Below, in pieces: positions 56,389 through 64,000 of a stretch of DNA of 64,000 nucleotides. Within the stretch, counting starts at the first letter, position 1. The number at the start of each line of letters is the position of its first letter. The stretch covers positions 1 through 64,000 of the forward strand of contig CALSCP010002018.1 in assembly GCA_943704425.1 (NCBI GenBank), in the 5' to 3' direction. The notes under the pieces were generated by a model. It was not told the origin of the DNA. It searched no databases and saw nothing but the letters and a program-made list of their open reading frames with translations. Both the position numbers and the translations under genes were made by a program. Origin of the DNA: Ministeria vibrans ATCC 50519. Lineage: Eukaryota; Protista; Filasterea.

Positions 56389-59300
56389 GCTCATGTCCCT
56401 TTCCACTGTATCTTGAGCCTCCGTCGTCGAAAGTGCAGGCGCGGGGGCGCTTGCCATCGTCGCATCGTCCAAACCCATCTTCTCAGTTGGGGTTGTTGCA
56501 AATGGGGTTGTTGATGCTGGTGGTGTTGTTTTTGTTGCTGTTGTCGCCTCTGCCTCCTCCTCCTTCTCCGTCACCGTCTTATCATTTTCCTTCTTCTCCT
56601 TCTCTTTCTGCTCTTTCTTCTCCTTCTCCGCCTTTTCCTCCTCATCCTCCTCCTCGGCAACCGTCGTGTCGGCTGTAGTCTTGCTTGATACTGCCTTGGA
56701 CGTATCAAGACGGTCGCGTCCCAACTCAGCAATGGCCCAGCCAATAATCTGATCGACGCTCAGTGGCGACAGAGTGCTCTTGGCGAGAATGGACAAAATG
56801 GGCGCACCCAGCTCGTGTGACACGGGAAAATCATCGCACGTGAGGTTAGCCAGAGTGAAGACGGCCAAAAAGTGTCGACGATTCTCAGTGTAGGTGGCAC
56901 GTTGAGTGTCTTGCTCGATCATCTTCTGCCACGCCTCAAGCGCCTTCTCTTCAGTGGGCGGCCACACAAAGAGACGTGTGCCAAACACACGTTGGAGCGA
57001 CGCACGAACATTGTGAGCAGAGCCACTGCCACCACCACCACTACCACCAGAGGGACGGCCCAAAGGCATGATGGCGCGGCGCGATGACGCAGTCGCTCGT
57101 GGCGTGCCAGTGCCTGGGGTCGACACGCTCGTTGAAGTGGTAGTAGCCGTCGACGTTGATGCGGAAGAGGCGTCGCGCTTTGCGTTCTGTGCGGCAACGG
57201 CGGCAGCACGTCGCTCGATGACGGACCAGGGTGATGTGTTGGGGGCACTCCATGTGACCGACGGGCCGCCCGGCAAGCGCATGTATTCGACCGACTGTCC
57301 ACCACCGCCGCCTGCACGACGACCACCGGCGTCGCGGAACATGCCCTTGAACTCGGGAAGAACACCAAACACGTCGTCGTCGTCGCCAGCCATGCCGCCA
57401 CTCAAGAGCGCACTCAGCGAATGTGGGCGACGAGACGAAGGCCCACCACTCATCACAGTCGCGCGTGCCTCGGCCGGCAGCGATGGTAGACGCGCAAGAG
57501 GTGCAGACGCACCAAAAGACGATGAAAAGGCGCCCGAAGGGGTTGCGTCGGACGAGACGAGAACAGTGTCGGGTGATCCGGGAGTCCAAACGGAGGAGCC
57601 CACGAGGATGACTCGCGAATGGCGCAGATTGTTCATGTGTGCACGGAAGTAAGCAAAACGTTGCGAACTCGTGAGCATGCTCTGGCTCAGATTGGGCACG
57701 TGCACAATAACGGGAAGTGGATGCTCCTTGGCAGCGCGTAGCAACCCGGCGATCGCAACGTCTTCGGTGGAGGGTGCCACCTCGCGCTCGACCTTCAGCT
57801 CGTTGGGCGCCACAAACTTGCAGCCGGGAAAATTGTCAATGGTAAAGGCAGACGCAAAGGGTTCGTCGAATTGTACGCCGACATAGCGATTGCCGGGAAA
57901 CACGCGTACAATGCGGCCCGACGACGCAAACGGGGGACCATCCGTGGCGAGCCACACATCGTTGGTGTTGGACGCGTCCGCCGCTGCCGCAGAAGATGGC
58001 GATGCTCCACCAAGAGCGCTTTGAAGCGCAGCAGAGCCTTTGGCAAGTGCTCGAGGCGACGTACCACTCATGCTGTTGTGCAACTCGACAAAACGGCGAC
58101 GTCTTTCACGTTCAGACGACGACGTCTCCGACGAGCCATTGCCGCGTCGAAATTGCTGAAGAAGCGCAAGACGTGTCGTAAAGGGCGTCGCGTGTTGGCT
58201 TCCACTTCCACCACCACTGCCACTCGTCGAATACCGTCCTTCGATGAGCGACGTTGCTGCCGGGCCCACATAGCAAACACGATCCCCAATATTGTAGCTG
58301 CGCGAACTTGTCGATGGACGTGATGGGACTGATTTCTTGGAGACACCGCTCAAGGTGGACGCACCAACACCTCTACTGCGCGCTGACGTACTAACAGCAG
58401 AAGCAGTAGTAGTAGGAGTAGCAGCAGCAGCATCAGCAGAGCCAGCGGCGGCAGTAGACCCCGTGGATCGCGACAAGACTTGACGGACCGTTGTGGAGCG
58501 ACGCGGGGGTCCGTCCGGCACGGAGGACACACTAGTAGGCATCATAGGAGGGGGTGTGGCTGGAGACGGGGCCATGGCACGGCCGCCCATGGGCGGCGTG
58601 TCGCCGGGGTAGGCACGCTTGCGCGAGGAAGACGACAAGGATAAGGACGGTGTTGTTGTCGTGGTGACCGTTGCGGCAGTCGTCGATAAGGCAGCTGGGG
58701 TGGTGGCTGTGAGTCGAGGTGCACGAGAGGGTTCCTCGACAGGGGGTGGACTCTCACCGAGAATGACACTGCCCGCAATAACCATCATACTGTCAGCGTC
58801 GTCGCACTCATCATCACCTTGTCCGTCGGTTGCAGTTCTGGTGACAACCATCGACACATCGTCCGCATCTCCACCACCACCACCACTACCGCCACCGTCA
58901 ATGGTCAAGTTGGTGGATTTGTCGGGTATTGCGCTGTCTGCAAGGTCGTAGTCGTTGACGTCGTAATCATCGGCAATGCTTGCTTCGTCGACAATACTCT
59001 CATCGCCAATGGTGGTGAGGCGCATACGGCGACGCTTCATGCGCTGCGCGTCCTCATCGGCCATCACCATCGAGCCATCGTTTGCCGCAGTGCCGTTTGT
59101 ATCCACATCAAGTGCGACAGGTAGCGGTGACTCGGCACACGCTCCACGATCGTCCACATACACGCCATCGGCAGTGACGGCAATAGAGCTGCGTCGGCGA
59201 CTCACTCGACGTGTTGATGGATCCACTGGGTCAACCGCGTCCGCTTCTTCTCCAGCATCGTCATCGTCCACATCCCCACTATCACCGTCGCCCATGGGGG

Positions 59301-60931
59301 TCGCATCGTGATGCGACGACGACATGCGAACAAGAGCACTGGCCGTAGCTGCAACAGCAGCTGCAGCGGCCGCCGCCACTGCAGCCGTGGCTGGCATTGC
59401 AGGAGGCGAGACAGACGCAGCAACAACAGAAGGGGCAGTGCCAATGGTCGTACCAACAACAGGAGATGAAGATGACGCCTTGAAGATGGAGTGATGGTTT
59501 CGACGGTCTTCGTCGTCAACATCATCATCAACATCATCGTCGTCCTCATCGTCCTCTTCCTCCTCTTCCTCCATGCCTGCCATGACCATGTCCACGTCGT
59601 CATCGTTGTCTTCGTCGTCGTCCACCTCGTTGTCGTCCTCAAGACGCGTGATGTCGCCACTCGCATCGACACTAGCAGCGACAGTGGCACTAACACCATT
59701 GCCAGTGGTGGTGACATCATCAGCTTCACGACGACGGCGACGGCGACGCCCATCGACACCAGCGGTAGCAGCAGCACGGGGGCGTGCAGTTCGGCGCCGG
59801 ACAGAATCGGTGGTCATCTCTGGGGAGTGGAAGGCGTCCAGGACACTTGCGGTGCGACGTTGATGTCGACGGAGGCGCTGGATGCCTCGCTGAATATTAG
59901 TGAAAGGATCATCGTCGTCGTCGTCGTCATCGTCGGCAGCGCCACCCAGCAACATGTCTGTGTCGTCGTCCTCGTCAGCATTCTCTTCGTTTTCATCAGC
60001 CCCCAAAGCACCACCCTCGACAGTCTTGCCATTACCACCACTGCGACTGTTACCACCGCGACCGACAGACGACACGGGCGGAGGCAACACAAGGCTCTCG
60101 GTGGTGGTGTCAAGAAGAAGCAGACCGCAGCCGATTTGGCGAGCGAGCGCACTGACAAGCTGAGTCTGGTACGTTTCGGTGCCCGGCTGGCCACAGAGCA
60201 GCACTCCGTGGCTGAGCGACGCAATGTTGTCGGCAAAAGGCGCCAGTTCAGGGTTGAGCAGGTAGACGGAGACAGCATCCTCGAGCAACTGACGTAGACT
60301 GTCCGAGAGATGGTGAGGAAACGAGTCGAGCGTGTGCGGCAAACTGTCGGGTGTGACAATTTTGGCGGCGTAGTGTGCCGCGTGACGAGTTTCTTCGGCC
60401 TCGCGACGACGACGGGCGTCGGCTAGCGAGTGAGCGGAAGGGACGTAGCGACGAGAGAGCAGATCGGATGGCGACGAGTCGTTCTGGGAGACCAGGTGGA
60501 AGATGAAGGAATAGGAGCAGATGGTGAGCAGGTCGCCGGGACGCAAAGACGTCGGCTCGGCTGCGTCGAGAGGCACAGCCTTGCCGTTGACGTAGGTCGA
60601 TGTGGTTTTGGTGAGCGAGCGCACCACGACTGTTCCTGCAACACGGTCGCGCTTCACTTCGGCGCACAGGCGACTGATAGAGGCGTCGGCAAGCGACACG
60701 TTGCAGCGCCAGTGGCGACCAAATGTGAATTTGTCGTCGACAACGTCTGTGTGCGCGAGACGTCCGTCGAGACTGTAAAAGCGTGCCCAGGCAATAGCGG
60801 GGTTGTTGTTACTGGTACTGTTGCGGCTATTGACGTTATTGTTGCTGTTGGTGAGATCCGCTGCGGCAGATGGCATGGCGAACTTTCGCAAGGCTGCGAA
60901 GTATTCGACTTCTGGAGAATCTTTAGGCTTT

Positions 60932-60962
<31 letters not shown>

Positions 60963-61647
60963 AAGCAGTAGTGGTGGCGGAGGCGGTAGTCACTTCAGCA
61001 GAAGCGGCAGTTGTCGCGGGTGCTTTGGTTGTGGAAGGTAGGTCGCCGTCAGTGTCGGCGACAGGCACGGGAGCGGAAGCAGCAGCGGCGAGTGCGGCGA
61101 CCGACGAAGAAATCTGCAAAAGGTCATCGAGTGCATCCTTGTTGGTGGTGGCGATGTCGCTGGCGGTGTCCATAGAGGGGCATGGTGGGGCGGGCGAACG
61201 GACTGGAGTGGCCACAGATAGGGGATTGGATGTGGTTGAAGAAACGTTTGTCACGTTTCGGTTCGCGTGCGTTTCCGTCCCCAGGCGATTAGGTTGGTTG
61301 TCGGGCAGGACACGAGCTCGTTTGGAGGGCTTTGGAGGAAGCGTAGCGGGCGGTGTGGCGGCGGTGGTGACCGAGGCGACGAGGGTTGGCTCTGAAGGCG
61401 GCGACTGACGAGGGGTGTCCGCCTGCTCATCGAAACTGCTACTTCTCTGGCGCTTTCCGGTGGCTCCTACGGCGCTAGCGGGGGCTGGCAAGGCGCAATC
61501 GAGGCGGGAATCGCCCTCGGGCGCAGCACTGTCAGCGGAGGGCGGGCACGCGGGGGAATCGGACGTTGACGAGGTCGACATGAGTTTGTCGCGCGCCTCG
61601 TCCGGTGCCCCAAACGACTCGCTCTTGCCGCGACCAGCGTCCGACAT
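54678..61647 (-). CDS. Large ATAD1/Msp1-clade AAA+ ATPase of the plant/amoebozoan type (FHA-like domain, split degenerate AAA, intact C-terminal AAA); introns ~55860-55915 and ~55437-55750
   Basis: AWARF..FTFGR..CNVSL; VLLCGQPGTETYQ..ALAR; GDRVCYVG; KPCKGILLFGPPGTGKTMLAKA; FIDEIE; KNEFM..WDG; LGATNRPFDLDEAALRRMPRR. Confidence 0.88.
55551..55740. repeat. Intronic (AAT)n/(CAT)n microsatellite
   Basis: Direct inspection. Confidence 0.9.
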
Positions 61648-62091
61648 TGGCAAATAATAAGAAAGACTTCAAGGGCCACGCAATGGGAGGGGATATTGAG
61701 CGAAATCCACCGAGCGCGAGGGAGTGGTGTGTGACAAAGGAATTGGAGGAGAACGAAAAAAAAATGGATTTAATAATAAATAATTAATCACGAATATTCA
61801 AGAGAGGAGTAGTCTGTAAGTAGAGAGGTCAGAAGGGGAGAGGGGATATGTGCAGAAGTAAGCAGTTAGCAGAGCACTTGTTCTTGTAATGTATTTGTTT
61901 TATTCACTTGTGGATTATTCTTCTGCAGTTGATCCCAGACGGAAAAGGAAAGGGAAATAGCGAGTCGACATGAATACCAAGGATAGGGTACATTACTGAG
62001 TACATAGTTACACACTGTTGTATTGTTGTACTAGCTATACAGAGCACGGCGGCGGAGGCATTGTCATTGAAGCAGCAGACGACGACGGTGA

Positions 62092-62543
62092 TTACTTCGA
62101 CTTGAAACGCTGCTGCTGCTGCTGCTGCTGCTGCTGTGCGCGTCGTGCCGCCTCGGCCGCTGCCTTCTTCTTCTTGCTGCCACCACCAAAGAACTCTTTT
62201 ACAAATGGGATGTCGGAGAAGACCAGTAGGTAGGCGACGAACCAGGCTACAGAGAAGGGGCGAAAAGCAGATGGATGGTGAGTCGACCCGTCTCGCGAAA
62301 GGCTTTACTTTTGTCCTCTGAAGAGACATTTGGATAGGGTGGCGGCGCGCTGAGGATGAGGCGTATGCATGTATATGTATGTGATCCAGGGAGTGGGAGG
62401 GCGGGGTGGCAGAAAGGATAGAGAAGAGAGAGAGAGAGAGTGGTGAACTTACCAAAGACGAGGACGGAAGAAACGAACCCAAGAGAAAGGCAACACTGAA
62501 CGAGAAACCAGACGTGTGCGAGCACAGAATCAAGAGTGATCAT
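62092..62543 (-). CDS. Small integral membrane protein, SMIM13/DUF4750-like, ~81 aa; exons 62453-62543 and 62092-62246
   Basis: Phase-1 GTAAGT..TGTAG intron gives ..VLVFAWFVAYLLVFSDIPFVKEFFGG.., resembling the SMIM13 motif W..VW.LFLS.F.F.REL.G. Confidence 0.55.
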
Positions 62544-62824
62544 CGCACACGGGAGGGGGGAGGGGAGAAAAAGAAGTGAGCTGTCACGGCAGTCACGCTG
62601 CGATTAAATTAAGAGAGTGTTAAGAGAAGCAAGTGAAAGGGTTGACTCACAGTGAGTGGTTGAGTCCATCACTCGTCTGTCCATGACTGATGACCTAATT
62701 GACATAATTGACATGATTTGATTTTTGAACACTCTAATACATTTAGCTTAGTAAACAAAAAATTGGTTCATTCAATCAATAATTATCTCTCTCTCTCTCT
62801 CGCTTTGCCTTTTTCCCCTCTCTT

Positions 62825-62927
<103 letters not shown>

Positions 62928-62929
62928 GG

Positions 62930-64000
62930 CTATCTCACAAAAGAATCGTCTTTGATAGACGAAAGAGTATTACGTCGCTTGAAGCGGTCGCATTCGGGAG
63001 CATGGAGGGTGGCGTCGAGTTTTTGGCAGCGGTCACTGCAGTAGCGCACATGATGACACTCGGGACACGCTTGGAACTCGACCGTCTGCGATTCAAACGC
63101 ACAACATGCCAACGCATGACACTCAACAAAGAGCCATTCGTCGGCGGCCCCGACCACAGTGGTGTCGCCTGCGCTGGCCAAGGTGATGCTGATCAGCTCG
63201 CCGTCGCGGTTGGGCACAAGCGACGCCGCCCGCTGACTCACATGGTCGTCGGGGAAAGGCGGTAGCTGGTTGAGCGCAACGCGATATAGATTGGCTTCAC
63301 TCACACGCAAATCCCGCTCGCGTTCCGTTAGCGCCGCCCATGTGCCCCGCACGCCCTTCTCCGTGCTCACCAACTCAAGGTTCTTCAGACGGTTGTCTGT
63401 CGAGTGAAAAATAAAAACCATACAGCAATGATGAGGTGTCGTGGATGTGACGTCTAACACTAGGTGGTATCTACTGACCTACAGTGACGCCGTTGCGGTG
63501 TGCAACGCTATAGCCCGAAGGTATTCTCCCGCGATGGTATTGCCTGTCGGATACGTGTGAGACGGATGGTCTTTTGTTCTTCATGTGACTCACCATAGTA
63601 ACTCGTGGAACAAGCCCGACACTTGTTCGCCTGTACTGGGATCTTGGTCGTTGCGGATCGCATGTGCGACTATCTGAGCGCCATTCCCGTCCGGCTGGTA
63701 GACGCACTTGGCCAAGAACGAAAACTGTCGGACGAATGGGATGTCGCTCGCATCCAGCAGCATGTACTTTCTCTTGTGGCACAGCGCACCTGCAAGAAGA
63801 GAAAGAGGAGAGAGAGAGGGAGGGAGAGAGGCGTTAGAGGAGAAACATGCGAGAGAGAGAGGAGACAACAACGATTCAAAACGATTGGAATGTGTTGCGG
63901 TGAATATAGACGACGCGTTGTCCGGCCGACACAGGCCTATATCAGTGAACTTCTCTAGAAGAAAGGCTGCCCAGTGCATGCCACAGTCTGATGTGGCCGT
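62930..64000 (-). CDS. MYND zinc-finger protein, 3' part (5' end outside window), multi-exon
   Basis: CHALAC..CPECHHVRYCSDRCQKLDATLHAPEC; GT-AG introns upstream. Confidence 0.75.

Overview
Gene-dense, intron-containing nuclear DNA from a eukaryote, probably a unicellular amorphean or early-branching opisthokont (inferred from gene content, not proven). Exons are GC-rich; introns are short GT-AG and often filled with (TAA)n, (GA)n or (CA)n microsatellites; there are several N gaps. About 18 genes could be modelled by hand: a prolyl 3-hydroxylase-like oxygenase, two head-to-head long-tailed tetraspanin paralogues, an L-domain/tandem-GAIN adhesion GPCR, enolase-phosphatase E1, a divergent eIF5A, TRIP4/ASC-1, a small coiled-coil protein, MYDGF, G-beta, TRAP-beta, a ~5000-aa FHA-LamG-SPRY-HECT ligase, cyclin B, Nup214, TBL1, a plant-type FHA-AAA ATPase, a SMIM13-like protein and a partial MYND protein. 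Main highlights: (1) an SLMAP-type FHA/coiled-coil module that splices in frame onto a giant HECT E3 ligase; (2) a ~430-nt G:U-rich long-range hairpin starting 9 nt after the UGA of the divergent eIF5A; (3) a divergent tetraspanin pair, one with 13 introns and one apparently intronless, both with CCR instead of CCG; (4) an adhesion GPCR with two GAIN/GPS units. No tRNA, rRNA, CRISPR array or intact transposon was recognised. Family assignments come from recalled motifs, not database searches.
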